Assembly (NCBI GenBank): GCA_964508275.1
Contig: CAZDTE010000002.1
Coordinates: 1-60,539 of the forward strand
Direction of reading: 5' to 3'
Length of the DNA: 60,539 nt
DNA from: an uncultured Ardenticatenales bacterium
GTDB taxonomy: Bacteria > Chloroflexota > Anaerolineae > Ardenticatenales > JAADHH01
The notes under the pieces are model-generated. The model worked only from the letters and a program-made list of their open reading frames with translations, made no database searches and was not told the DNA's origin. The translations under genes were made by a program, and so were the position numbers. The stretch's first letter is position 1, and each line of letters opens with the position of its first letter. Of this stretch, positions 24,899 through 34,111 are shown piece by piece.

Positions 24899-26503
24899 TT
24901 GAACCCCTTCATGAACCATCAAACTGACGGCGTAACTCCCACACATTCCCCTGCCTCGGCTCGCCGGGGCATTGTCCGAGCGGCCACCGTGATCGCCGCG
25001 GGCAACGTTGTCAGCCGCCTGCTCGGCCTGGTGCGCGAAACGGTGATCGCCGCCCTGTTTGGGGCGACCGGCCTGGTCAGCGCGTTTCGTGTGGCCGCCA
25101 TCGTCCCCACCATGATCTACGATCTGCTCGTCGGCGGCATGCTCAGTTCCGCGCTCGTGCCGGTGTTCAGCGAGTACGCCGCACGCGAGAACCGCGAGGC
25201 GCTGTGGCGCCTGGTTAGCGCCATGGTGAGTGTGGCCGCCATTGTACTGGGGGCCTTGCTCATTCTCATCGAACTGTTTGCGCCGACCGTGGCCTGGCTG
25301 CTGAGCAGCGGCTTCGACCCCGGCCTGCTGGCCATAACCGCACGCCTGATCCGCATCCTCGCACCGGCTGTCGTCTTCTTCGGCTGCTCCGGTGTGATCA
25401 CCGGACTCTTGTACACGCTACATCGCTTCCGCTACCCCGCGTTTGGAGCCGCGATCTATAACGCCGGCCTCATCATCGCTGCCCTCACCCTTCACCGGCG
25501 TTTCGGCATCGAGGCGCTGGCCATCGGCGTGCTGTTCGGTTCGTTGCTGCAACTGTTGGTCCTGGTTCCGGATCTGCGGGACGCGCGGCTCCACCTGAGC
25601 CTGGCGTTGCGCCATCCGGGACTGCGCCTGATCATGCGCTTGTACGTGCCGATTGCCGTCGGGCTGGTGATCAGCCAGCTCGCCATCATCATCGACCGCA
25701 ACCTGGCCTCGCACACCGGGCCGCAGAGCATTGCCTGGATGCAGTACGCCACCACGCTGATCCAATTCCCCCTTGGCCTGGTTTCGGCGGCTATTTCGCT
25801 GGCGGTACTGCCCTCCCTCTCGAAGCTGGCGGCAACGAATGATCTGGCGGGCTACAAAGCCACTCTGGCCACCGGGCTGCGCCTGGTCATCGTCCTGATC
25901 GTGCCGGCGACGGTGGGGTTGTTCGTGCTGTCCCGGCCGGTAGTCGCCCTGATATTCCAGCACGGTGACTTCGGCCCGGCCGATACGGTGCAGACGGCGG
26001 CTGCTCTGCGCGTGTATCTCATCGGCCTGAGCTTTGCGGCCATAGACCAGCCGCTGATCTTTGCCTTTTATGCGCGGCAAGATACCTGGACCCCGGCGCT
26101 GGTGGGCGTGGCCGGCGTACTCCTGTACCTGGTCGTCGCTCTCAGCCTGGTGGGACAATGGGGTATGCTGGCCCTGGTGTTCGCCAACTCGGTGCAACTC
26201 ACCGGCCATGCCCTGATCATGCTGGTGCTGCTCTGGCGGCGGCTTGGTGACCTCGGGGGTCACGGGTTGCCGAAGCTGCTGGGCCAAACGGTCCTGGCCT
26301 CCTCGATCATGGGCGCCGTGGCCTGGGCGATCTTGCGGGTCGTGGGCAGCGGCGGGGAGGCTTTCATCTTGACCTTGGGCCGCGTTGCCCTGCCTGGCCT
26401 GGGGGGGATAATCGCCTATGGCCTCTTGTTGACCGTGTTGCAAGTCAACGAAGCACGTGATGGGTGGCGGCTCGCCCGTCAATGGATGGGGAATCTTCTC
26501 TGA
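24899..26503 (+). CDS. murJ: Lipid II flippase MurJ/MviN
   Basis: 534 aa. The N-terminal signature AAGNVVSRLLGLVRETVIAALFGATGLVSAFRVA is MurJ-like, with about 14 hydrophobic segments. TTG start at 24899, or ATG at 24911. Confidence 0.9.
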   Translation: MNPFMNHQTDGVTPTHSPASARRGIVRAATVIAAGNVVSRLLGLVRETVIAALFGATGLVSAFRVAAIVPTMIYDLLVGGMLSSALVPVFSEYAARENREALWRLVSAMVSVAAIVLGALLILIELFAPTVAWLLSSGFDPGLLAITARLIRILAPAVVFFGCSGVITGLLYTLHRFRYPAFGAAIYNAGLIIAALTLHRRFGIEALAIGVLFGSLLQLLVLVPDLRDARLHLSLALRHPGLRLIMRLYVPIAVGLVISQLAIIIDRNLASHTGPQSIAWMQYATTLIQFPLGLVSAAISLAVLPSLSKLAATNDLAGYKATLATGLRLVIVLIVPATVGLFVLSRPVVALIFQHGDFGPADTVQTAAALRVYLIGLSFAAIDQPLIFAFYARQDTWTPALVGVAGVLLYLVVALSLVGQWGMLALVFANSVQLTGHALIMLVLLWRRLGDLGGHGLPKLLGQTVLASSIMGAVAWAILRVVGSGGEAFILTLGRVALPGLGGIIAYGLLLTVLQVNEARDGWRLARQWMGNLL

Positions 26504-26518
26504 ACAGCTTCAAACCCC

Positions 26519-26572
26519 TTGACATCCAAAACGTTTTGGATTATAATGAGAGGAACATCCGAAACGATTTGG
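26519..26572 (+). promoter_or_regulatory. Consensus promoter (TTGACA-17-TATAAT) with two LacI-type operators
   Basis: A perfect 16-bp palindrome TCCAAAACGTTTTGGA (26525-26540) fills the promoter spacer. A second imperfect copy CCGAAACGATTTGG is at 26559-26572, with centres 33 bp apart. Confidence 0.72.
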
Positions 26573-26591
26573 GTCGTGGTCAGGGGGGGCC

Positions 26592-27620
26592 ATGCGTGTC
26601 ACATTGCGGGACATCGCCAAAGCAACAGACCTGTCGGTAACCACAGTCTCTCGGGCGCTCAACGATTACGACGATGTCAGCCCGGGGACAAAAGCATTGA
26701 TCCGCCGGGTGGCTGAGGAGATGGGATACAGCCCCAACACTCTGGCCCAGCGCCTGCGTAAGAAACGGACCGACACCATCGGGCTGATCTTGCCGACCTT
26801 CGGCCCGCGATTCTCCGACCCCTTCTTCAGCGAGTTGTTGGCCGGCATCGGCAATCGGGCAGCCCAGCATGGGTTTGACCTCTTGGTCTCGACCCGCCCC
26901 CCGGGGGAGTCCGAGATGGAGGCCTATCGCCGCAAAGTGCAGGGGCGGCGGGTAGACGGATTCGTCGTCGTGCGTACGCGGGGCGAGGACTCACGGATCG
27001 ATTACCTTCGGAACGAAGGGTTCCCTTTCGTTGCCTACGGGCGGACCGACAGCCCGCTGGATTACCCGTTCGTGGATGGCGATGGCCATCGCGGTATGCT
27101 CCTCGTTGTAGACCATCTCGCGAGCCTCGGCCATAGTCGGATCGCCTGCATCACGCCCCCGCCCGACCTGATGTTCACCCAGCATCGGTTGGAAGGATTT
27201 CGGGACGGCTTGCGCGAGCAGGGCATCCAACCCGATGAGGCCCTGGTTCGCACGGGCGATCTCACCCAGCGTGGCGGCTACGAGCAGGCCAGCGCATTGT
27301 TGGATCTGCCCGATCCCCCCACGGCTATCGCGGCTTTCAACGACCTGATGGCGTTCGGGGCGATGAGTGCGGCTCAAGAGCGCGGGCTTGTCGTGGGCAA
27401 AGACCTTGCGGTCACCGGCTTCGACGACACGCCGATGGCTGAACACTCTCATCCCCCGCTCACGACAGTTCACCAGCCGATCTATCAAATTGGGAGCATG
27501 GTCTGTGAGATGCTGATCGGGTTGACGCAGGGCAAACCCCCGGAACAGCCGCACGTGCTCTTACAACCGACGCTTGTTGTTCGTTTTTCGAGCGAGGCGA
27601 AAGGAGGTGATGATCACTAA
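26592..27620 (+). CDS. LacI-family transcriptional regulator
   Basis: N-terminal HTH VTLRDIAKATDLSVTTVSRALN..YSPN, followed by a periplasmic-binding-protein-like sugar-binding core. Confidence 0.92.
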   Translation: MRVTLRDIAKATDLSVTTVSRALNDYDDVSPGTKALIRRVAEEMGYSPNTLAQRLRKKRTDTIGLILPTFGPRFSDPFFSELLAGIGNRAAQHGFDLLVSTRPPGESEMEAYRRKVQGRRVDGFVVVRTRGEDSRIDYLRNEGFPFVAYGRTDSPLDYPFVDGDGHRGMLLVVDHLASLGHSRIACITPPPDLMFTQHRLEGFRDGLREQGIQPDEALVRTGDLTQRGGYEQASALLDLPDPPTAIAAFNDLMAFGAMSAAQERGLVVGKDLAVTGFDDTPMAEHSHPPLTTVHQPIYQIGSMVCEMLIGLTQGKPPEQPHVLLQPTLVVRFSSEAKGGDDH

Positions 27621-27715
27621 TCAACGTTTTTCGATGCGCCTACACGGCGTGTGGGCTGTTCCGTAGGTAGTCAATGGTCACCGTTTTCAAACCGTTCTTC
27701 GAGGAGGAGATTCTC

Positions 27716-29170
27716 ATGAAGAAAAGACTTGCGTTGTTGTTTGTCTCTTTGATGGCCCTCAGCCTGGTGCTGGGAGCCTGTGCCCAAGCTACCCCTACCC
27801 CTCAAAAGATCAAGGAAACCGTGGTGGTGGAGAAGGCGGTCAAGGAGACCGTGGTTGTTGAGGTTACGAAGGTGGTCGAGAAGCCGGCCGAACCGGTGGA
27901 GAAAACCGTCATCGAGTTCTGGACCACCGATAACGAGGAAGCGCGGGTGGACACGTATGAAGCCGTCGCCGCGCGGTTCATGGCCGAACATCCGGACATC
28001 GATCTACGCATCGTCCCGATCGACGAGGCCAGCATCTCGCAGCGAATCGCCACTGCCCAAGGCGCCAACCGGTTGCCAGACATCGTCCGCATGGGCATTG
28101 AACGGGTGGCGGCCTTTGCGGCCGACGGCATCCTGGACGAGGACGCTGCTGAAGGCGTCATTGCCAGCATAGGCGAAGATGACTTCCGCGCCGGACCGCT
28201 CAAGATGGTCGCCGATCCGTCCACCGGCAAACGTGCTGCCGTGCCTTTCGACGGCTGGATCCAGGCCATCTGGTACCGCGCCGACGTTTTCGAATCTGCC
28301 GGCTTGAACGCGCCGGTAAGCTGGGATGACATCAAGGCCGCTTGTGAGAATCTGCCCGGCGCGGGGAACCTCTTGTATGCCCTCACCCTGGGTACCGATC
28401 CAGGGCAGAACTACCCGCACCAGGTCTTCGAACAGGTGGCTATGTCGAACAATGCCTGGCCGTTTGACGAAGACGGCAACGTCACCATGAACACGCCCGA
28501 GATGATCGAAGCCCTGGAGTTCTACACCAGCTTGCAAGATTGTGCCCTCCCCGGCCCGCAGTTCTGGCGCGGGGCACGCGAAGCGTACGAGCTTGACCAG
28601 TCTGGCATGTTGTTCTACAGTACCTACATCATGGACGACTTGGTCGAAGGCTCAGGCCTTTCAGGCGGCGGGAAAGTCCAGATCGCCACCGAAGACCTGG
28701 CCAAGAAGACCGGCTTTGCCTCACAGATGGAAGGGCCGAATGGCTCGGCTTCCTACGGTCAATTGGTTACGCTGGGCATCATGCAGGGCGCCGATCCCGC
28801 GGCACAAGAGGTGATTAAGTTCTTCCTGACCGGTCAGGATTACCAGGATGTGTTGGCGCTGGCTCCGTTCGGCAAGGTCCCGGTGCTCAAGAGTGCTGTG
28901 GATGGCTGGAAAGGGCTCAGTCCCTTCTTCGCCAACTACTCGGATGAGACGATGGCTCAGATCGCCAATGGCTTCGAGTCGATGCAGCGCTGGCTCTTCC
29001 GTCCCGATTACGACGCGACCGAACGCGCCGTCGTCGGCGACATCGAGGGGCGGCTGCTGATTCCGCAAGTCATCAGCAACATCGCACTGGAGGGCACAAT
29101 GACGCCCGAAACCGGTGCTGCCTGGCTGCAGGAGCAAGTAGAGGCCCTGCTGGCCGAACGGCAAGAGTGA
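27716..29170 (+). CDS. ABC transporter substrate-binding lipoprotein (CUT1 sugar family)
   Basis: Lipoprotein signal MKKRLALLFVSLMALSLVLGAC and the size of a solute-binding family 1 protein. GAGGAGGAG RBS. Confidence 0.9.
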   Translation: MKKRLALLFVSLMALSLVLGACAQATPTPQKIKETVVVEKAVKETVVVEVTKVVEKPAEPVEKTVIEFWTTDNEEARVDTYEAVAARFMAEHPDIDLRIVPIDEASISQRIATAQGANRLPDIVRMGIERVAAFAADGILDEDAAEGVIASIGEDDFRAGPLKMVADPSTGKRAAVPFDGWIQAIWYRADVFESAGLNAPVSWDDIKAACENLPGAGNLLYALTLGTDPGQNYPHQVFEQVAMSNNAWPFDEDGNVTMNTPEMIEALEFYTSLQDCALPGPQFWRGAREAYELDQSGMLFYSTYIMDDLVEGSGLSGGGKVQIATEDLAKKTGFASQMEGPNGSASYGQLVTLGIMQGADPAAQEVIKFFLTGQDYQDVLALAPFGKVPVLKSAVDGWKGLSPFFANYSDETMAQIANGFESMQRWLFRPDYDATERAVVGDIEGRLLIPQVISNIALEGTMTPETGAAWLQEQVEALLAERQE

Positions 29171-29346
29171 TCTGGTTGTTCTGTTTGCTGGGGCGTAGGT
29201 CAATCCTGCGCCCCAGCGATTCGCGACTTGTTTGTTGAGGACGTGCCCGTGCCCGTCAGGGCGGGCACCGCCAATCATGGAAATGTGTGTGCATCGGGAC
29301 GTGCCCCTACTCCCTTGCTGAGAAGAGGGAACCGAGGAAGGAGATC

Positions 29347-30309
29347 ATGGCTGCCATGGCCAGAGAAGGGCGAGCGCCAGAAGGCCGGCGCTGGAACTCA
29401 CTTCAGGCTCGTGAGGCTCGCCTGGCCTGGATTCTTATTCTGCCCACAGCGCTGATCGTTTTCGGGCTCGTTCTCTTTCCGGCGATCTTCAGTGTGTGGA
29501 TCAGCTTTCGTGACGTTGGCCTGGGCAACCTGAACGACGTTTTCCATGCGCCCTACGTCGGCCTGGACAATTACCGCGGCGTCTTGAACGATTTCGCTTT
29601 CAAATACCAGGGCCAGCATAACTGGGGCGCAGCGGTCACCAGCGTTGTCTATTCATTCGCCGGCACCGGGCTTGCCTTGCTCGTCGGCCTGGTTGCGGCA
29701 CTGTTACTCAACCGGCCATTCCGGGGCCGGGGGATGGCGCGTGCCATATTTCTGTTCCCGTATGTCGCCCCGATCGTCAGCGTCGCCTTCGTCTGGCGCT
29801 GGATTCTCGATCCGCGCCCTTCCGGTGTCCTGAACGATCTGCTGATGCAGCTCGGCATCATCCAGTTGCCGAAGGCTTACCTGGCGACGCGAGGGTTAGC
29901 CTTGTTGCTGGTCGTCATTTTCGAGGCGTGGCGTTACTTCCCGTTTGCCATGTTGATGATCCTGGCCCGCCTGCAAGCGGTGGACAAGGCGTTGTACGAA
30001 GCGGCCGAGGTGGATGGCGCCAATGCCTGGCACAAGTTTTGGTACGTGACTCTGCCTGAGCTGCGCTACGTCCTGGGCGCTGTCTTCTTGCTCCGCTTGA
30101 TCTGGACGTTCAACAAGTTCGACGATATCTTCCTGTTGACCGGCGGCGGTTTCGGCACAAACGTACTCCCCGTGCTCACGTACCAATTCAGCTTCAAATC
30201 GTTCAACTTTGGCAAGGGGGCCGCGAACGCGATGGTCCTGCTCTTGATGCTGATCGTATTCCTCGCCGTATACGTCTCGGTCGTGATGCGGAATGTCGAG
30301 GAAGTGTAG
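29347..30309 (+). CDS. Carbohydrate ABC transporter permease (MalF/UgpA-like)
   Basis: Six hydrophobic segments and the EAA loop LYEAAEVDGANAWHKFWYVTLP. Confidence 0.9.
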   Translation: MAAMAREGRAPEGRRWNSLQAREARLAWILILPTALIVFGLVLFPAIFSVWISFRDVGLGNLNDVFHAPYVGLDNYRGVLNDFAFKYQGQHNWGAAVTSVVYSFAGTGLALLVGLVAALLLNRPFRGRGMARAIFLFPYVAPIVSVAFVWRWILDPRPSGVLNDLLMQLGIIQLPKAYLATRGLALLLVVIFEAWRYFPFAMLMILARLQAVDKALYEAAEVDGANAWHKFWYVTLPELRYVLGAVFLLRLIWTFNKFDDIFLLTGGGFGTNVLPVLTYQFSFKSFNFGKGAANAMVLLLMLIVFLAVYVSVVMRNVEEV

Positions 30310-30321
30310 AGGGAGGCAATC

Positions 30322-31233
30322 GTGGCGGAAAACCGAGGCGCTCGGTCCACACGAAACGACAACCTGAACCTGATCGACCGCCTGGCACGATGGATCACCT
30401 GGCCGCGATTCATCTTTGCGACGACGCTGACGTTCTTCCTGACCAGCATCCTGTTTCCATTTTACTGGATGGCCAGTTCGTCATTTAAGACGTACATGGA
30501 GATCGGTGGCCGCAAACCGGTCTACGTCCCCGGCGCGCTGCGCCTCGACGCCTACCAGGAGCTCTTCGGCTACTGGCACTTCGGCACGAATGTGCTCAAC
30601 AGCATGAAGGTGGCTGTACCGACGGCCATCATCGCCGTGATCCTGTCCACGTTGGGCGCGTACGCCATAGCCAGGCTACGCTTCCGGGGCAAGGACGTGT
30701 TGCTCAACAGCGTTCTGCTCATCTACCTGTTTCCAGGAATTCTGTTGATCATCCCGCTCTTCGCGATGGTAGCCCGGATCGGTGACCGGGTCGGGTTCGA
30801 GGTTCAGGACAACTTGCCGGTGCTTATCCTGACGTACCTCGCCCAGACGTTGCCTGTTGCCCTGTACATGCTGGCGAATTACTTCCGGACCATCCCGGCT
30901 GAGATCGAACAGGCCGCCCTGATCGACGGGTGCAGCCGCGTCAGCGTGATCTGGCGCATCACCCTGCCGTTGGCGATCCCCGCCCTGGTCTCCGTCACCA
31001 TTTACACGTTCATGATCGCCTGGAACGAATTCCTGTACGCTCTCGTGTTCCTGAACAGCCGCAATCTGTTCACGATGCCGATCCAGATCAACACAATCTT
31101 CAACGATCCCAGCCCCCGCCCGCACGTCGTTATGGCGGCTTCGACGATCATGACCCTCCCCGTTGTGATCCTCTTCCTCGCGCTCGAACGGTTCCTGGAA
31201 GAGGGGCTCACTGCGGGCGGCGTGAAAGGGTGA
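30322..31233 (+). CDS. Carbohydrate ABC transporter permease (MalG/UgpE-like)
   Basis: EAA loop IEQAALIDGCSRVSVIWRITLP. GTG start 13 nt after the previous stop. Confidence 0.9.
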   Translation: MAENRGARSTRNDNLNLIDRLARWITWPRFIFATTLTFFLTSILFPFYWMASSSFKTYMEIGGRKPVYVPGALRLDAYQELFGYWHFGTNVLNSMKVAVPTAIIAVILSTLGAYAIARLRFRGKDVLLNSVLLIYLFPGILLIIPLFAMVARIGDRVGFEVQDNLPVLILTYLAQTLPVALYMLANYFRTIPAEIEQAALIDGCSRVSVIWRITLPLAIPALVSVTIYTFMIAWNEFLYALVFLNSRNLFTMPIQINTIFNDPSPRPHVVMAASTIMTLPVVILFLALERFLEEGLTAGGVKG

Positions 31234-31302
31234 TACGCGAGTGGAATCGCGAACGGCTCTCCCTGCGGGTCCGAACGACAGAACACGGGGGAACCCTTCC
31301 CC

Positions 31303-32565
31303 GTGAACGGTAGGCGGCATCGCATCGGCTTCGTCTCCACCCGGTTCGCCGGAACGGACGGCGTCTCTCTGGAGACAGAGAAGTGGGCCCACATCCTGGC
31401 CACACTCGGCCATGAGTGTTTCTACTTCGCCGGTGAATCTGACCGCCCGGAGACGCGCACCCATCTGGTGCCCGAGGCCCACTTCAATCACCCGGATGTC
31501 GAGGCGCTGAACCGTGACCTGTTCGGCAAGCAGGCCCGGTCGACCGAAGTCTCGCGGAATGTCCAAGCGCTTCGTTCTCACCTGAAAGAGCAGTTGCACA
31601 CGTTCGTTCGCACGTTCGGCCTGGAACTGCTTATCGTCGAGAACGCTCTGTCGTTGCCCATGAACGTGCCGCTCGGACTGGCCGTGACGGAGTTGATCGC
31701 CGAGACCGGCATCCCGACGATCGGGCATCACCATGACTTCGCCTGGGAACGGGAGCATTTCGCCGTGTCGGCAGCCGCCGATTACTTGCGTGCTGCCTTC
31801 CCCCCGACACTGCCGTCGATCCGCCACGTGGTGATCAATTCGATCGGCAGTCGCCAGTTGGCGTTGCGCACCGGCGCAAACTCCACGCTGATCCCAAACA
31901 TCATGGATTTTGACTCGCCGCCGCCGGAACCCGATAGCTACGGCGCCCAGATCCGGCAGGCACTGGGCATCAACCCAGGAGAGAAGATGATCCTGCAACC
32001 GACGCGCATCGTCCCCCGCAAGCGGATCGAGCACGCTATCGAGCTGACGCGGCGGATCGAACTGGAAAGCGTGCTCGTGATTTCGCATGCGGCCGGCGAC
32101 GAAGGCCAGGCCTACGCAGCGTATCTGCGGGAGTACGCTGACATGATCGGTGCGTGCGTGGTGTTTGCGGCAGACATCATCCACCCCCGGCGCGACCAGG
32201 TGCCAGACGGGCGACCGGTCTTCAGCCTGGCTGATGCCTACCAGCAAGCCGATCTGATCACCTACCCCTCGACCGTGGAAGGGTTTGGCAATGCCTTCCT
32301 GGAAACGATCTATTACCGGCGCCCGATCGTGGTCCATGAATACGCGGTCTTCCGGGCCGACATCCGGCCAAAAGGGTTCAGGGTCATCGCGTTCGAGGAC
32401 TTCATCACCGGTGAAACCGTTAGTCAGGCCCGGCAAGTGTTACGTAACCCGGACATGGTCGCCGAGATGGTCGAGCACAACTATGAGTTGGGACGTCGCC
32501 ATTACTCCTACCGGGCGGCGGAGAGACAGTTGGCCGCCCTGCTCGGCGATTGCTTGCGAACGTGA
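31303..32565 (+). CDS. Cytoplasmic GT-B glycosyltransferase (GT4-like)
   Basis: 420 aa with no TM segments. N-terminus IGFVSTRFAGTDGVSLE, and a C-terminal E-x7-E-like motif PSTVEGFGNAFLETIYY. Confidence 0.8.
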   Translation: MNGRRHRIGFVSTRFAGTDGVSLETEKWAHILATLGHECFYFAGESDRPETRTHLVPEAHFNHPDVEALNRDLFGKQARSTEVSRNVQALRSHLKEQLHTFVRTFGLELLIVENALSLPMNVPLGLAVTELIAETGIPTIGHHHDFAWEREHFAVSAAADYLRAAFPPTLPSIRHVVINSIGSRQLALRTGANSTLIPNIMDFDSPPPEPDSYGAQIRQALGINPGEKMILQPTRIVPRKRIEHAIELTRRIELESVLVISHAAGDEGQAYAAYLREYADMIGACVVFAADIIHPRRDQVPDGRPVFSLADAYQQADLITYPSTVEGFGNAFLETIYYRRPIVVHEYAVFRADIRPKGFRVIAFEDFITGETVSQARQVLRNPDMVAEMVEHNYELGRRHYSYRAAERQLAALLGDCLRT

Positions 32566-32657
32566 GATGCGATTGAAAAAAGCTGCCAGGAGGCCTGCTC
32601 CCCTGCATGCGGGCGAAGGCTTTCGGCAACAAGGTTATGACGCGGAGAAAAAAGATC

Positions 32658-33899
32658 ATGAGAAATGATGGAACTGCCCTGCCCGATTGGGCTCGCTCCC
32701 GGCTGGACGAAGTCGGTCAGGCCGACATCCTGGTCGGCATTCCCAGCTACAACAATGCCGGCACGATCGGTTTTGTCGTCGAACAGGCGGCGCGCGGGAT
32801 GGTGGAGCACTTCCCCGATCTGAAACCGGTGCTGCTCAATTCCGACGGAAGCTCAACGGACCGGACAGCCGACGCGGTCATGGGCGTGTCTGTGCCGGCA
32901 GAGGTTGAGGTGCTCACCGCGCCCTACCGGGGCATACCAGGGAAAGGATCTGCCTTGCGAGCGATCTTCGAGGCCGCCTCGCGGCTCGGATGTCGTGCCT
33001 GCGTGGTCGTGGACAGCGACCTGCGCTCGATCAACCCGGCATGGATTCAGCGGCTGGCGGGGCCGATCGTCGAGGGAAGCTACGATTACGTGACTCCCTT
33101 TTATGTGCGCCACAAAAACGACGGTACGATCACGAACAACATCGCCTATCCGATGACGCAGGCGCTCTACGGGTGGGACATCCGTCAGCCGATCGGTGGA
33201 GATTTCGGCTTCTCCGGGGAGCTGGCAGCGCTCTACACCTCTCGTGATGTCTGGGATGGACCGGTCGCCAAGTTCGGCATCGACATCTGGATGACGACAA
33301 CTGCGATCAACGAAGGGTTCCGACCCTGTCAGGCTCGACTGGGAGCCAAGATCCACGATGCCAAGGACCCGGCAGCGGCCCTGGGCCCGATGTTCCGCCA
33401 GGTGGTTGGCGGCCTGTTCGCCCTGATGGAGACGTACGCCGGGCGATGGCAAGCGGTGACCGAAACTCTCTCCGCGCCGATCCTGGGCCCCGATGTGGTG
33501 GTCGAGCCGGAGCCGGTTCCGGTGTCCTTCGGCCGGATGCGGGCCGAGCTGCGTGACGGTGCCCAGCGACACGCCGCCATCTGGGATGGCGTACTGGCCG
33601 ACGAAAACCGCAGCGCCGTCGAGCGGCTGATCGCTCTGCCCGACAAGGCGTATGCGTTCCCCGCCGATCTGTGGGTGCGCTGCGTGTACGATTTCGCGGT
33701 CGCCTGTCGCCGCCACCAGAGCAGCGACCCACAAAGCATCCTGGACGCCATGACACCCCTATACCTTGGCCGCACAGCAGGATTCGTCCGGGAAACGCAG
33801 GAGATGACGACGAGGCAGGCGGAGGACGTGATCCAGGCCCAGGCCCGCACCTATGAGCACCTGAAACCTTACCTCATCGGCCGCTGGCGATCGGCGTGA
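32658..33899 (+). CDS. Cytoplasmic GT-A glycosyltransferase (GT2/GT81-like)
   Basis: ILVGIPSYNNAGTIGFVV and an acidic DxD-type motif VVVDSDL. No TM segments. The start is uncertain among 32607, 32637 and 32658. Confidence 0.72.
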   Translation: MRNDGTALPDWARSRLDEVGQADILVGIPSYNNAGTIGFVVEQAARGMVEHFPDLKPVLLNSDGSSTDRTADAVMGVSVPAEVEVLTAPYRGIPGKGSALRAIFEAASRLGCRACVVVDSDLRSINPAWIQRLAGPIVEGSYDYVTPFYVRHKNDGTITNNIAYPMTQALYGWDIRQPIGGDFGFSGELAALYTSRDVWDGPVAKFGIDIWMTTTAINEGFRPCQARLGAKIHDAKDPAAALGPMFRQVVGGLFALMETYAGRWQAVTETLSAPILGPDVVVEPEPVPVSFGRMRAELRDGAQRHAAIWDGVLADENRSAVERLIALPDKAYAFPADLWVRCVYDFAVACRRHQSSDPQSILDAMTPLYLGRTAGFVRETQEMTTRQAEDVIQAQARTYEHLKPYLIGRWRSA

Positions 33900-33938
33900 C
33901 CCAGGAGGCTTTGCCCCTCTCAGCGTTTCTGCTCGCCA

Positions 33939-34030
33939 GGGAGGCCGGTAAAGGTTGCCAACTTTCCAAAAGTTGGCAACCTTCACGGGGACACACTTTC
34001 CACCGAATTGTGTATGCCCCCCCCACCCGC
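33939..34030 (+). repeat. Palindromic repeat family, copy 2 (plus orientation)
   Basis: GGGAGGCCGGTAAAGGTTGCCAACTTTCCAAAAGTTGGCAACCTTCACGGGGACACACTTTCCACCGAATTGTGTATGCCCCCCCCACCCGC. Contains a 13-bp stem palindrome. Confidence 0.85.
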
Positions 34031-34034
34031 TCAT

Positions 34035-34063
34035 TTGCCAGCCGGGCCAGATTGTGATATACT
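34035..34063 (+). promoter_or_regulatory. Sigma70-type promoter (TTGCCA-17-TGaTATACT)
   Basis: Hexamers read directly. Lies 23 nt downstream of the repeat core and ~50-70 nt upstream of the next CDS. Confidence 0.5.
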
Positions 34064-34111
34064 TGCATCTCAACTAAGTAGTATGCGTTTTTTCCCTCTT
34101 CTTGTTTCCAC

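Noticed and set aside
30676-32436. A 586-aa minus-strand ORF
   Set aside because: It lies antisense to the ABC permease and GT4-like genes. I saw no motifs.
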